From a virus (taxonomy: Duplodnaviria > Caudoviricetes): DNA of 60,741 nt. The translations under genes and the position numbers were made by a program. Shown here piece after piece: positions 35,887 to 45,307 of the stretch (position 1 is the stretch's first letter; each line of letters opens with the position of its first letter). The stretch spans positions 1-60,741 of the IMG/VR virus record IMGVR_UViG_3300031576_000045, one strand, 5' to 3'. The notes under the pieces are model-generated. The model was not told the origin of the DNA, made no database searches, and saw only the letters and a list, made by a program, of their open reading frames with translations.

Positions 35887-36176
35887 GCCTCGGCCTTCGG
35901 CTTCTCTTCCTTCTCCGCCTTCTCCTTCCACGCCTTGATCGTGACCTTGTCCTCGGCGGTCAGCTTCACGTGGATCGGTGGGGCGGCCTCGGTGTCGACG
36001 TACTCCTTCACGCCGTGCTCGCGCATCGTCGCGATCAGCGACAGCTTCGTGTCGCGACGCTTAACCGCGGCGCGGGTGTGGCTGTTGATCGCGCTGCGGT
36101 GCTCGTCGGCCTTCTCGATCACCTTCTTGTGCACCTTCGCCCGCTCAGTACCAGGCACCTCGATCTGTCTCGTCAT
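35883..36176 (-). CDS. hypothetical basic protein
   Basis: Preceded by GGGAGAACGACG. Confidence 0.75.
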   Translation of the reverse strand: MTRQIEVPGTERAKVHKKVIEKADEHRSAINSHTRAAVKRRDTKLSLIATMREHGVKEYVDTEAAPPIHVKLTAEDKVTIKAWKEKAEKEEKPKAEA

Positions 36177-36218
36177 CGTCGTTCTCCCACTGCGTTCGCG
36201 CTGCGTTGGACTGCCACG

Positions 36219-37955
36219 TCAGAAGGGAATTTCATCGTCCGGAACCGCCGTCGTCGACGCCGGCTCGACGGGAGGCGTGAACCCGATCGCCGGCTTCTCC
36301 ATCGGCCACCGTTGCTTCTCGTACGCCTCGACGGCCGCGGCGAGCTTCTTCAGTCGCTGCCCATCGGGCGTTCCGTCCTTCGGGTCGAGGGCGACGAGTC
36401 GAGTCACCTCGGCGAGCGCGGCCTCGTGCTGCGCGTCGTCGATGACCGGCATCGCTCCCATGGCGAACGCGTCGACGACCGTCACCAGCTCTCCGTTCAC
36501 GGCCGGCACGGGCTTGTCGAGCTTCCAGTCGACGGGCTTGTACTTGTAGAACTTCGCGCACGTGCCGCGGTGCTTCTTCAGCGCGTCGAGGTCGGGGAAC
36601 TCGGCGTGACACGTACCGCACTCATACGTCGGCCCAGACAGAACAGAACTCGACCCGCCGTGCTGGGAGAACGACGGGCCGCCAGGAGGTGAAGCCGGCG
36701 ACTCTTCGATTCTAGGCGTGGCGGGTCGAGCTGCTGCCGGCGCAGCGTCGCCGCTGTCGGTCGGCTTCGCAAGCTCGCTGCCGGTGCCCTCCCAACCGGG
36801 CCGCGTCTTCCGCGCGAACATCTCGAGCCGCGGGCCCATCGGGCAGAGCTTGATCAGGTCTTCGTAGAAGACGTCGGGCTTCGCGGAGTGCTCGCCCACC
36901 GGGGCGCGGAACGACGTGCGCTGGATCGGGTTCCCGTGCTCTGCGCCGGTCGGGTTGTACGCGACGTCGCCGCGCACGAAGTAGATCGCGTGCTCGGTGT
37001 CTCCGCGCAGCGGGTCGCCGATGCCGCAGAAGTCCGAGCCGTCGGCCTCGGTCTTCACCCACGTGCGGATCTGCCGGGCCCGGAACCCGCGCGCCTCGAT
37101 CGACGCCTGCACGACGGCCCACGTCTTCAGGTCCAGCAGGATCGGGTTCGTCACCCAACAGACGAGCAGGCAGTTCGCCGCGGCGGGGATCGGGAACGCG
37201 CAGATCTCCTCGACCGTCATCGGTGGGTACGGTAGCGCGCCGGCCTGCGACTCGTTGCCCTCGCGCTTGTCGCCGTACGTCCACGAGTAGTCGACGGAGA
37301 TCACCGCGAACTCGCCGGGCGGCGGCTTGTACTGCTTCGCGAGCGCGAGCTGCCCGCGCTTCCGGATGCGGCGCTCGGCCTGCTTCACCGTCAGCTCACC
37401 GGCGAAGACCTGCTTCGCCAGCGCGGGGTCCGTCTTGGTGACGAACTCGGCCCGCTCGACGGTGCGCGAGGAGACCTTGTAGCCCGAGGAGTCAGAAGCG
37501 ATCTGCGCGGCGGACTTCGACGGCGCCTTCTTCGCCGGGCGCTTGCCGCTCTTGCGCTGCGTGTTCGTGTCGCGCGCGGCTTGGCGCTGACGCTCCTTCG
37601 CCTCGGCGCGCAGCATCGGCAGCAGGCGTGCGGCGACCATCGCGCGCTGCGACTCGTTCAGGTGGCGGCGGTCGACGTTCGCGCCCTTCACGAACTCAGC
37701 GACCGACTTCCTCCCGTGCTTCGTCTCCGCGTACCACTCGACCACAAGAAGCTCGGTCGTCGGCGCGAGCTTCTTCTCGGAGACGAGCTGGCGGATCGCC
37801 TCTTGTCGGTTGCGGCCGTCGAGGAGCTTCCCGTCGAGGATGACCGCGGCGAACAGCTGGCCCTGCGAGACGATGCTCTGCTTGAGAGCGTCCATCTCCG
37901 ACTGCTTCATCGGCGGCAGCGTCAGCGCTGCCCCGTGCGGCTTATAGATCCTCAT
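36219..37955 (-). CDS. ParB-like + MT-A70 methyltransferase-like + Zn finger + HigA-N-like fusion
   Basis: LLDGRNR..NVDRRHLNESQRAM; YPPMTVEEI..WVTNP..EHSAKP..RLEMFARKTRPGW; CGTC..H; HEAALAEV..GTPDG..VEAYE. Confidence 0.85.
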   Translation of the reverse strand: MRIYKPHGAALTLPPMKQSEMDALKQSIVSQGQLFAAVILDGKLLDGRNRQEAIRQLVSEKKLAPTTELLVVEWYAETKHGRKSVAEFVKGANVDRRHLNESQRAMVAARLLPMLRAEAKERQRQAARDTNTQRKSGKRPAKKAPSKSAAQIASDSSGYKVSSRTVERAEFVTKTDPALAKQVFAGELTVKQAERRIRKRGQLALAKQYKPPPGEFAVISVDYSWTYGDKREGNESQAGALPYPPMTVEEICAFPIPAAANCLLVCWVTNPILLDLKTWAVVQASIEARGFRARQIRTWVKTEADGSDFCGIGDPLRGDTEHAIYFVRGDVAYNPTGAEHGNPIQRTSFRAPVGEHSAKPDVFYEDLIKLCPMGPRLEMFARKTRPGWEGTGSELAKPTDSGDAAPAAARPATPRIEESPASPPGGPSFSQHGGSSSVLSGPTYECGTCHAEFPDLDALKKHRGTCAKFYKYKPVDWKLDKPVPAVNGELVTVVDAFAMGAMPVIDDAQHEAALAEVTRLVALDPKDGTPDGQRLKKLAAAVEAYEKQRWPMEKPAIGFTPPVEPASTTAVPDDEIPF

Positions 37956-38144
37956 CGTCGTTCTCCCGTCACAGGTGTCTCCCGTTCAGATCTCGTCGTC
38001 AAGGTCACGGCGAACCTATGACCCGCGTGTGCTTGCTGCACCTCTTGCAGATCGCGAGGGCCGGGATTACCGGGTCGCACCGCGTCTCCGCGACCCACCG
38101 GTGACCGAACAGCCAGCAGCGAAGCCTGATGTGCCATGGCGGCC

Positions 38145-38446
38145 TCACGGTAGCCGAGCCCTCACGCGACGGAGAGCGTCTCCGAGCTGCTGGCCGTCGT
38201 ACTTCGTCTGTGGGTGGTCGCTCACCTCGCCGTCGCGCTTGCGGTCGGCGGCGGCGATCTCCTCATCGACGATCGCCTTAGCGTCGACGTCGCGCGCCGA
38301 CTCGATCGCCTTCAAGAGCTTCACGATCGCTACGTCGGCCATCGACCACGCGCGACCGCCAGGCGGCGAGTAGACGCGCCGAACCTCGACGGCCAGAGAC
38401 TTGAGCATCGCAATCACTTGAGCTTGCCCTTCTGGAACTGCCCCAT
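38145..38446 (-). CDS. hypothetical protein; start-motif ORF (10 aa) out of frame with the body
   Basis: Motif-led ATG gives MGQFQKGKLK*, overlapping GTG of ORF 38145-38417. Confidence 0.5.
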
Positions 38447-38466
38447 CGTCGTTCTCCCGTGGACGG

Positions 38467-39045
38467 CTAGTAGTCGAGCACGTCGAGATCGTCCTCGCTC
38501 GGCGGGCTGTACCTCACGACTCCGCTGCTGATCGTCACCCCGGACCCCCCGCGGTGCGCTCCGACGTGGGCGACCCCGAGCGCGTCGGTCGCGTCCGTGT
38601 CGGCGTCGAAGACCATCGGCATCGGGTACGCGCGCGCGAGCACCCGCGCGACCTGCTCCTTCGATGCGTCTTTCCTGCCGGTCACGGCCTGCTTCAGGAT
38701 CTCGGGACGCACCTCGGCGAGGGTGACGCCGCGCGCGAAGCAGATCCCCTCGACGAGGCCGCGCATGCGCCCGGCCGTGTGCACGGCGATCTTGCCGTCT
38801 CGCAGCCCGAGCACCGGCGACTCTATGTAGGCGTCCTGCACGCCGAACTCGGTGAACAGCTCGGCGATCCTCACGGCCAGCTCGCGGCACCGGCGCGCGC
38901 GGTCCTCGAGCTTGCCGGCGTCGGCGTCGATCTTCGTTCGCCATGTGCCGAGCGTCTGCAGGTACGGCTGACCGCCGACCTCGCGGCGCATGACCGCGTA
39001 GCCGAACGCCGCGATCGACGGGTCGAGCCCTGCCCAGACGGTCAC
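38467..39045 (-). CDS. ruvC: RuvC-like Holliday junction resolvase
   Basis: AGLDPS, AYIES, LKQAVTGRKDASKEQV, DATDALGVA. Confidence 0.9.
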   Translation of the reverse strand: MTVWAGLDPSIAAFGYAVMRREVGGQPYLQTLGTWRTKIDADAGKLEDRARRCRELAVRIAELFTEFGVQDAYIESPVLGLRDGKIAVHTAGRMRGLVEGICFARGVTLAEVRPEILKQAVTGRKDASKEQVARVLARAYPMPMVFDADTDATDALGVAHVGAHRGGSGVTISSGVVRYSPPSEDDLDVLDY

Positions 39046-39230
39046 GAAGCCCTCTTCGCCGCGACTGCGTCGGGCCACGTGCTGTAGGGGAAGTCGTGCG
39101 GGCCGACGTGCCCGCGCTGGCGCACGAGACACCTGCAGCCCTCGCCGTCTACCTCGCGGCAGCGGCCGTCGTCGAACTGCGAGACCTTGAGGCGGATGAT
39201 GCGCACTTCGCCATCGGTGAGCCGGATCAT
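39042..39230 (-). CDS. small Cys/His protein
   Basis: C..RCLVRQRGHVGPH. Confidence 0.5.
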   Translation of the reverse strand: MIRLTDGEVRIIRLKVSQFDDGRCREVDGEGCRCLVRQRGHVGPHDFPYSTWPDAVAAKRAS

Positions 39231-39697
39231 TCGCTTTCCCTCTCCTGCGCTCTCGTTCGCAGGACGACGGGGCGACGAAGCTGGTCGATGGGCCTAGTCA
39301 GCGCATCCTCAACACTCCAGCCGGCGCGGAGCCGTGCGTTGACGGCTTCTCGACTGAAGCCAACACGCCTCGCCCACTCCGAGACGCTCAACGACAAACC
39401 GGCATGAGTGAGCAGCCGAACGGCTGAACTGTTCTCGACCTGCTGCTGAATTGTCGCCCACCGCACGTTGCCCGGCTCGTAGTTGCCGTCGTTGTCGATG
39501 CGATCGAGCGAATAGCCAGGACCCGGACGCGGCCCGATGTCTCGAAAGAAGGCCATGAAATCGTGTCGCCACTGTGGACACACGGAGATGCCTCGCCCTC
39601 CATAGCGACGGAACAGGTGATAGCTCCTTCGTTCGCAGCGGGCGATCATTGAGCCCCACGCCTGGTACTCGACCGATTTCCACATCCCATGTTTCAT
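39227..39697 (-). CDS. HNH homing-endonuclease-like protein
   Basis: WGSMIARC..YGGRGISVC..SLDRIDNDGNYEPGNVRWAT; visibly lower GC. Confidence 0.9.
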   Translation of the reverse strand: MKHGMWKSVEYQAWGSMIARCERRSYHLFRRYGGRGISVCPQWRHDFMAFFRDIGPRPGPGYSLDRIDNDGNYEPGNVRWATIQQQVENSSAVRLLTHAGLSLSVSEWARRVGFSREAVNARLRAGWSVEDALTRPIDQLRRPVVLRTRAQERESE

Positions 39698-40056
39698 CGC
39701 GCAACCGTCCTTTGCTGCCGTACCAGATTGCCCTTGCGCCGATCGCGCGCGTGGGCGCGGTGATAGGCCGTCTCACACACAGGGTCTCCGCAGTGTTTGG
39801 GCGCCTTGCGTCCAGGTTTTTCTGGCGGCAGAGGATCGAGACAGAACGGACACCGGCCGTCCGGCGTCCGGTCTCGCATGCGCTCGAGGCCCGGCGCCGT
39901 CGTCTTCCGTCGACCCTTCTTCGTGCCGAACCCGAGCTTCGCCCGGCGCATGCGCTCGGCGCGCGCCTTCCACCACAGCCGGCACTTCCGCGCGCCGCAC
40001 GTGTTCCGACGTCGGTCCGCGATGGGGCCGCCGCAATGGAGGCAGCGGTCCGTCAC
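39694..40056 (-). CDS. double Zn-finger basic protein
   Basis: CLHCGG..CGARKC; CPFC..HCGDPVC. Confidence 0.65.
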   Translation of the reverse strand: MTDRCLHCGGPIADRRRNTCGARKCRLWWKARAERMRRAKLGFGTKKGRRKTTAPGLERMRDRTPDGRCPFCLDPLPPEKPGRKAPKHCGDPVCETAYHRAHARDRRKGNLVRQQRTVAR

Positions 40057-40934
40057 GCTGCTCTCGCGATGGGGAATTCCTGGCGCTGCAGCTCGCGCGG
40101 CCAGAGCGTCGGCTCGTCGCCCTTCCCGAGGCACGAGATCGGCTTCGTGACGCCGGCGATCGTGTCGACGACGTTCGATCCCTTCTGCTTCATGAAGAAG
40201 GCGACATTCGCGTCTTCGCACTGGCGCTTGATGTTGCGCGCCCACTGCAGGTCGAACGGCCGCGCGTCCTCGGTCGCGCCCTCGTCGCTCTCGCCGCCGA
40301 CGATGACCCAGCCGACCTGCTCGAACGCCGGGTGCGACGCGAAGTCGACGTCGCTCAGCAGCGGTTCGGCGCTGATCCAGTAGAGCGCAGCGTCGACGCG
40401 CAGCAGGTGGTCGAGACGCGAGACGTACGCCTGCGACTCGACGGTCGTCCCGAGCCACACGTGCGGCCAGTCCTCGCCGGGCGGCGGGCAGTCGACGCGT
40501 TCCTTCTCGAACCCGGTCTTCAACGTCACGCCGGCCGGGATCGACGTCGGCCAGAGCCGTGCGATGTTCTCGGGGCGCTTGGTCAGCAGCTGCCAGGTGA
40601 GCGCGGGCGTCGCCCGAATGAGCGCGAACAGATCGGGCCGCACCTCGCTCCAGGTTGGGTGATCTTCGAAGACGTCGGAGAGGCTCGCGCAGAAGACGAG
40701 GTGGCGCTTCCTCAGCGCGATCGCCGCCCTGTTCCAGCGCAGGGCGTTGTTCCAGGTCGAGCGCGAGGTGCGGTAGCGCGGCGCGGTCGGGCCCCAGTGC
40801 GCCTCGCCGCCCCACCGCTTCCGCGCGTCCTGCACTTCGGCATAGCAGAGCTGGCAGCCAGGGCTGACGCGCTGGCACCCAATCACTGGATTCAGGGTGC
40901 TGTCTGTCCATGTAATGCCTGTGCTCTCTCCCAT
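40053..40934 (-). CDS. DUF5131 (phage Gp37/Gp68) radical-SAM-like protein
   Basis: ITWTDSTLNPVIGCQRVSPGCQLCYA, FCASLSDVF, LLTKRPE, SAEPLL, WVIVGGES, FFMKQ. Confidence 0.92.
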   Translation of the reverse strand: MGESTGITWTDSTLNPVIGCQRVSPGCQLCYAEVQDARKRWGGEAHWGPTAPRYRTSRSTWNNALRWNRAAIALRKRHLVFCASLSDVFEDHPTWSEVRPDLFALIRATPALTWQLLTKRPENIARLWPTSIPAGVTLKTGFEKERVDCPPPGEDWPHVWLGTTVESQAYVSRLDHLLRVDAALYWISAEPLLSDVDFASHPAFEQVGWVIVGGESDEGATEDARPFDLQWARNIKRQCEDANVAFFMKQKGSNVVDTIAGVTKPISCLGKGDEPTLWPRELQRQEFPIARAA

Positions 40935-40935
40935 T

Positions 40936-41352
40936 TTACGCAGCCCTCCGTTTCGCATTGATGCGTTTCCAGAATTCTGACCCGCGCGGAGTCCGCGCCC
41001 GGTCGTGCGCGCGGCGACACTCGCGACACAATCGATTTCCATTCGTCTTTTTGATTGTGTTCTCCGTGGTGAACTCATGTCCACGCGCGCAGTGCGTCCA
41101 CGTCGCTCTGCCATCGCGGCGGGCGTGGCACATCGTGCAGACCGACTGGACGTCATGGTGATGCTCTGCCGCGTAGCCGAGGTGGTGATCGTATTCGTGT
41201 CGGCGTTCGCCAGGACGCCACACGTGGCCGCAATCTGTACACGGCAATGTATTAGGATGCGGTCTACGCCCCGTCCTCACCTCGACGTTGACCCGTTGTC
41301 TGGCCTGGATCTTATCTCCATCGCGCGGCGGCTTCGGCTTGGGTCCGGACAT
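40936..41352 (-). CDS. HNH-like endonuclease with C-terminal Zn finger
   Basis: CTDCG..EYDHH..VCTMCH; HCARGHEFTTENT..CRECRR; lower GC. Confidence 0.8.
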   Translation of the reverse strand: MSGPKPKPPRDGDKIQARQRVNVEVRTGRRPHPNTLPCTDCGHVWRPGERRHEYDHHLGYAAEHHHDVQSVCTMCHARRDGRATWTHCARGHEFTTENTIKKTNGNRLCRECRRAHDRARTPRGSEFWKRINAKRRAA

Positions 41353-41389
41353 CAGCGTCGCTCCAGCTCGCGCTCGATCGCACTGCTTC

Positions 41390-41803
41390 TCATCGTCGTT
41401 CTCCCGTCTTCTTTGCGCGCTGGATCGCGAGCGCGAACGCGTGCTGCACCTGCTCACTTCTGCGGTCGAAGACCATCAGCCACTCTTCAAGGGTCGGCTC
41501 CGAGAAGGCTACGCGGCAGAGGCGCTGCCACTGACGCGCGCGCTCGACCGTGGTTGGCTTCTGCTCGAGAACGAACCGCGCCTCGGCCGCGTGCGCCGGG
41601 GCGATCACCGACTCGAGCACGTACCAGCCTTCCGGGTACGCACCGCACGTCAGCAGCGCGCCGTGCACGGAGAATCGGGCCACGCCTTCCTCGGACTCCC
41701 AGCACTGGCGCCCCGACGAGTCGAGACAGAAGGGCTCGTTCTCGGCTCCCGACCAACCGCAGGTCTTCATCAGGTGCAGTGCGCGCTTCAGCTCGGAGAT
41801 CAC
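41390..41803 (-). CDS. DUF6197-like protein
   Basis: GW..FSVHGAL..W..RRSEQVQHAFALAI. Confidence 0.5.
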   Translation of the reverse strand: MISELKRALHLMKTCGWSGAENEPFCLDSSGRQCWESEEGVARFSVHGALLTCGAYPEGWYVLESVIAPAHAAEARFVLEQKPTTVERARQWQRLCRVAFSEPTLEEWLMVFDRRSEQVQHAFALAIQRAKKTGERR

Positions 41804-42357
41804 TTCAGGACCTGGACCCACTTGTTCGACTGCCAGAAGTCCTCTACCGACCAGCGGTTCCCCCACGCCGGCACGAGCGAGGGCTGAGAAATCAGCCCTG
41901 GCGTGATGAAGGGCACGTTGCCGGGCCCGAACCGATGGCCGTTCGAGTCGACCCCGCGGATGACGAGCAGGGAGTCTGGCGGCCCGTCGAACTTTCGACC
42001 GAGCCGACGCAGCACGTTCCGCACCGCGATGTCTTGAATGTGCGTGCTGAACGCTTCCTGCTTGGTGTAGTCCAGACCGCTCTCGACGTTCGTCGGCGCG
42101 TTGTCGATGCACTCCCCGAACGAGCAGATGAAGTCGACCTCCAGCGGATGGGCGCTCAGCTGTCGGAGGTAGCTCTCCTCGTAGAAGACGGTGCACGCCT
42201 TCTCGAAGCTGAAGTCGAACGCGCCCGCGACCCACGCGAGACGCCACCGTCCCTCGCCGTGCTTCGCGTTGAGCTCGGCGGTCTTCGCGTCGCGGCGTCG
42301 TCCGAAGTACCCAGGCCGATGGTCGCTCCTCCAGATGCTCTCAGCCAATTCGCTCAT
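41800..42357 (-). CDS. hypothetical enzyme-like protein
   Basis: GGAGG RBS; PGYFG..YEESY..HIQDIAVR..SVEDFWQSNK. Confidence 0.75.
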   Translation of the reverse strand: MSELAESIWRSDHRPGYFGRRRDAKTAELNAKHGEGRWRLAWVAGAFDFSFEKACTVFYEESYLRQLSAHPLEVDFICSFGECIDNAPTNVESGLDYTKQEAFSTHIQDIAVRNVLRRLGRKFDGPPDSLLVIRGVDSNGHRFGPGNVPFITPGLISQPSLVPAWGNRWSVEDFWQSNKWVQVLK

Positions 42358-43970
42358 GTGCCCTCCGGCTTGGTGGTCTGCATCGCGCCCAGGTCTAGCG
42401 CCGACTGCGGTTCCGTCTTCTTCTCGTCGCCGGCCGAGTTCGCCTTGCCGTCGACGGCCAAGTCGGAGCCCTTGCGCTTCTTCCGCATCGCGTCGCGCTC
42501 GAAGCCGTCGTCGACAGACTGCTCGAGTGCCTGGTGGCGCTTGTTCCGGCGCTCCTCGGCGCGCTCGGCGTCGACGTCGATTCGACGGCCGCCGTCGGGC
42601 GCGAAGGTCCCGGCCTCGAAGTTCCTCTGGAACTCCATCGTCGGGCCGTTCGGCCACTTGGCCTCGGCGAGGTCGTTCGCCTTCGTGATCGTCGCGCGCA
42701 CCGACGAGCCCTTGGACCACAGGCCGATCACGAGCCTGGCGCGGGCGCCGGCGTCGCGGCCACCCATCATCTTGTCGGGGTCGGGCGGCAGCTCGTGACC
42801 GGGCTTCGCCCGCTCCTCAGTGTCGTGCACGAGGATGCCGACGGGGATCTCGTACCGCTCTGCGAAGTCGCGCCACGCGCGAACCGTCTCCGCGACCGCC
42901 TGCCACCACTCCATGCGCTGCCGCGGGTCGTGGTGACGGATTTCCCTCAGGTTGTCGACGTAGATCCGCTGTACGCCCTTCGTGAAGACCCAGCGCATGG
43001 CACGCCGGATGAGCTCGGAGCGGTGCACGCCGTGTCCGGAGAAGATCTCGACCCGCTTCAGCAGCTCGAAGTGCTCCTGGTCGACGCGAGCCTTCCGGTC
43101 CAGCTGCTCGGGCGTGAGCTTCCGCGACCCGACCTCACGGATCGGGATACCGAGCGCCTCTGCCTGCATCCGGTTCGTCAGCCACTTCGTGCCAGACTCC
43201 AGCCCGATGAGCCCCGTTCTACTCCAGTGGTCCGGACCGAGGTGCGCATCGAGGCGGAGCTGAGCCGGGAGCACCGTCGAGACGTAGGCGTTCTTGCCGA
43301 CGCCGGGCGCGCCCTGGATCATGAACAGGTTCTTCGGGTGCCCGCCAATCATCTCGTCGAGCACGCGGATCCCGGTCTTGTCGTAGCTGGCGATCCCCTG
43401 CTCGACGTTTCGGTCCCACGACGCGTTCAGCGCGAGCAGGTCGGCCTCCGCCGTCTCGTCGCGGGCGAAGTCCAGCGCGAGACCCGAGACGATCGTGTTC
43501 AGCGCGTCTGTGCAGTGGCCGGGCGCGAACCGCCCGCGGTCGATGAGGTCGACCTGCTGCATGAGCGCGCCTCGGATCTCTCGTGCACGGGCCTGGATCC
43601 GCACATCCTCCGCGACCTGCAGCGCCTGGTCGCGGGTGAGGACGTTCGCCTCCTGCACGTCGGTCAGCCACCGAAGGTCGGAGTCGGCGAGAAGCTGAGC
43701 ACGCTTCCCTGCGCTGACCACGGTGACCGCATTCACGCCGAGCTTCCGCTCGGATAGCCGGCGCATGATCATCCACACGACGGCGCACCGCGGCTGACTG
43801 AAGCTCGCACGGGAGAGACCGCTCGCGTCCATCAGCTCCAGCTTGTCGGGCAGCTCAAGCACGGCGCCGATCAGCTTCTCCTCGATCTCGTGCGACGGCG
43901 CCGACCGGCGCAATGGGATGACCGCGGCGGGCTGCATCGGCGCGCCCGCGTAGCCCTGGAACTCGCTCAC
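42354..43970 (-). CDS. dnaB: DnaB-like replicative helicase
   Basis: N-terminal PSHEIEEKLIGAVL, TGIRVLD, GAPGVGKN (Walker A), IYVDNL. Confidence 0.85.
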   Translation of the reverse strand: MSEFQGYAGAPMQPAAVIPLRRSAPSHEIEEKLIGAVLELPDKLELMDASGLSRASFSQPRCAVVWMIMRRLSERKLGVNAVTVVSAGKRAQLLADSDLRWLTDVQEANVLTRDQALQVAEDVRIQARAREIRGALMQQVDLIDRGRFAPGHCTDALNTIVSGLALDFARDETAEADLLALNASWDRNVEQGIASYDKTGIRVLDEMIGGHPKNLFMIQGAPGVGKNAYVSTVLPAQLRLDAHLGPDHWSRTGLIGLESGTKWLTNRMQAEALGIPIREVGSRKLTPEQLDRKARVDQEHFELLKRVEIFSGHGVHRSELIRRAMRWVFTKGVQRIYVDNLREIRHHDPRQRMEWWQAVAETVRAWRDFAERYEIPVGILVHDTEERAKPGHELPPDPDKMMGGRDAGARARLVIGLWSKGSSVRATITKANDLAEAKWPNGPTMEFQRNFEAGTFAPDGGRRIDVDAERAEERRNKRHQALEQSVDDGFERDAMRKKRKGSDLAVDGKANSAGDEKKTEPQSALDLGAMQTTKPEGT

Positions 43971-44479
43971 GGTGACGCTCCTGATGCCTCGTACGACGGG
44001 ATGTACTTCGGCCACACGCGGTCAGACACGAACGCGTTGAAGGGCCACGGCGGCTCGAGACCCGCGGCCCACTTGTCGGTGAAGAACTTGTGGAAGAAGA
44101 AGAGACGCAGCACGTCGTCGACCGACTTCACCGCCTCGCGCACCTTCGCACTGCCGCAGCTCTGGCACTCGACCAGCAGCGCGTTCGCCGCGGCGATCAC
44201 CGGCTGCATCGCGGTGTTCACGAACGCCGGCGTCGATGGCCGGTCGGGCACGAACGGGATCCCGTGCAGCTCGAACTCCTCTTCGCGGGCCTCACGGAAG
44301 AGTCGGAAGACCCGCTCGGCCTCGCTCAGCGCGCGCGGCGGGCGCGGCGGCGCCGTCGGCACGGCGGGCAGGTCTCGCTGCGCCGGCCGACCTTCTAGCA
44401 CGGCGATCTCTCGTCGGACTTCGGCGAGCTGAAGAATCATCCGCGCTTCTTTCTTCTTCAGCCGGTCGATTGTCGCCAT
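43967..44479 (-). CDS. hypothetical protein upstream of helicase (possible initiator or loader)
   Basis: Position and coupling with helicase only. Confidence 0.55.
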   Translation of the reverse strand: MATIDRLKKKEARMILQLAEVRREIAVLEGRPAQRDLPAVPTAPPRPPRALSEAERVFRLFREAREEEFELHGIPFVPDRPSTPAFVNTAMQPVIAAANALLVECQSCGSAKVREAVKSVDDVLRLFFFHKFFTDKWAAGLEPPWPFNAFVSDRVWPKYIPSYEASGASP

Positions 44480-44601
44480 TGCCGATCCGCCTTTCTTGCC
44501 TTCCTGGCGGCGACGAAGACCGCGCGTCTGCGCTCGCGCGCGCGGAACCACGCCGATCGCTTGCGTATCGCGAAGTCGATCTCTGCTTCCGTCTTCGTCA
44601 T
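44458..44601 (-). CDS. small basic protein
   Basis: GGGAGG RBS; MTKTEAEIDFAIRK. Confidence 0.55.
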   Translation of the reverse strand: MTKTEAEIDFAIRKRSAWFRARERRRAVFVAARKARKADRQWRQSTG

Positions 44602-44739
44602 GACCACCTCCCAGAGAACTGCACCCGCGGCGGCGCGTGACCGCCGCTCGCGGGTTCCGCCCGAAGGGCAGGATTCTGGAATCGAAGAACGACCGCGTCG
44701 GGTCACGCCGTTCGCGTCGGTCAACCTATGCCACGAATC

Positions 44740-44930
44740 AGTGACGCGTGCCGAGCGAGACTCGTGTCGAGCGAGTGATTACGCGCCGATCCGATCTACG
44801 GTTTTCTCCTAGTGCGTGTCTATTGATCAGGCGTGTCTCTTACGAGACACGCACTAATTGTCGAACGAATGTTTTGCGCGTCGGCGTGCTCTCTCTGGCC
44901 GCAGACCGATCTTGACACGACGTGTTTTCG
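44740..44930. promoter_or_regulatory. divergent control region with CGTGTC repeats
   Basis: 12-bp inverted repeat 44810-44821/44845-44856; TTGACA at 44912; lower GC; lies between divergent operons. Confidence 0.65.
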
Positions 44931-45307
44931 GATCGATTGCTTCGCGCGCGCGGTGACGGCATGCGTCTCCTACGGGCGTCAGGGCGCAGCGACCGGGCAG
45001 CGAATTCGTTTCGAACACTCCCCGATGAGCAGTCCCCGTCGACGACCGCTTCGCGGCGCGCGGCTTCATCGCGCGACGCGCCCAAGGCCCCGGGGCAGGG
45101 GCCGCGGGAGTGGGCCGCCGCTGTCGCGCGATCAGCGCACGATCTTGAGGGCGAAGACCTTGCGCGACGCGATGCGGCCGTGAGACAAAGGGCATCGACC
45201 ACGCCGCGTTCGCGCGCGGCTCACTGCAGTCACAGCAGATCATCGCTGGCCTCCGGCCCCGCGTGCGCGAACACGCGGCGGGCCGGGGGTTGGCCGGGAG
45301 AACGACG

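Noticed and set aside
36665-36676. Additional GGGAGAACGACG copy
   Set aside because: Antisense inside the MT-A70 linker and not followed by ATG
35057-37955. ParABS plasmid-prophage partition system
   Set aside because: ParB-like domains are of the methylase-associated type and no ParA is visible
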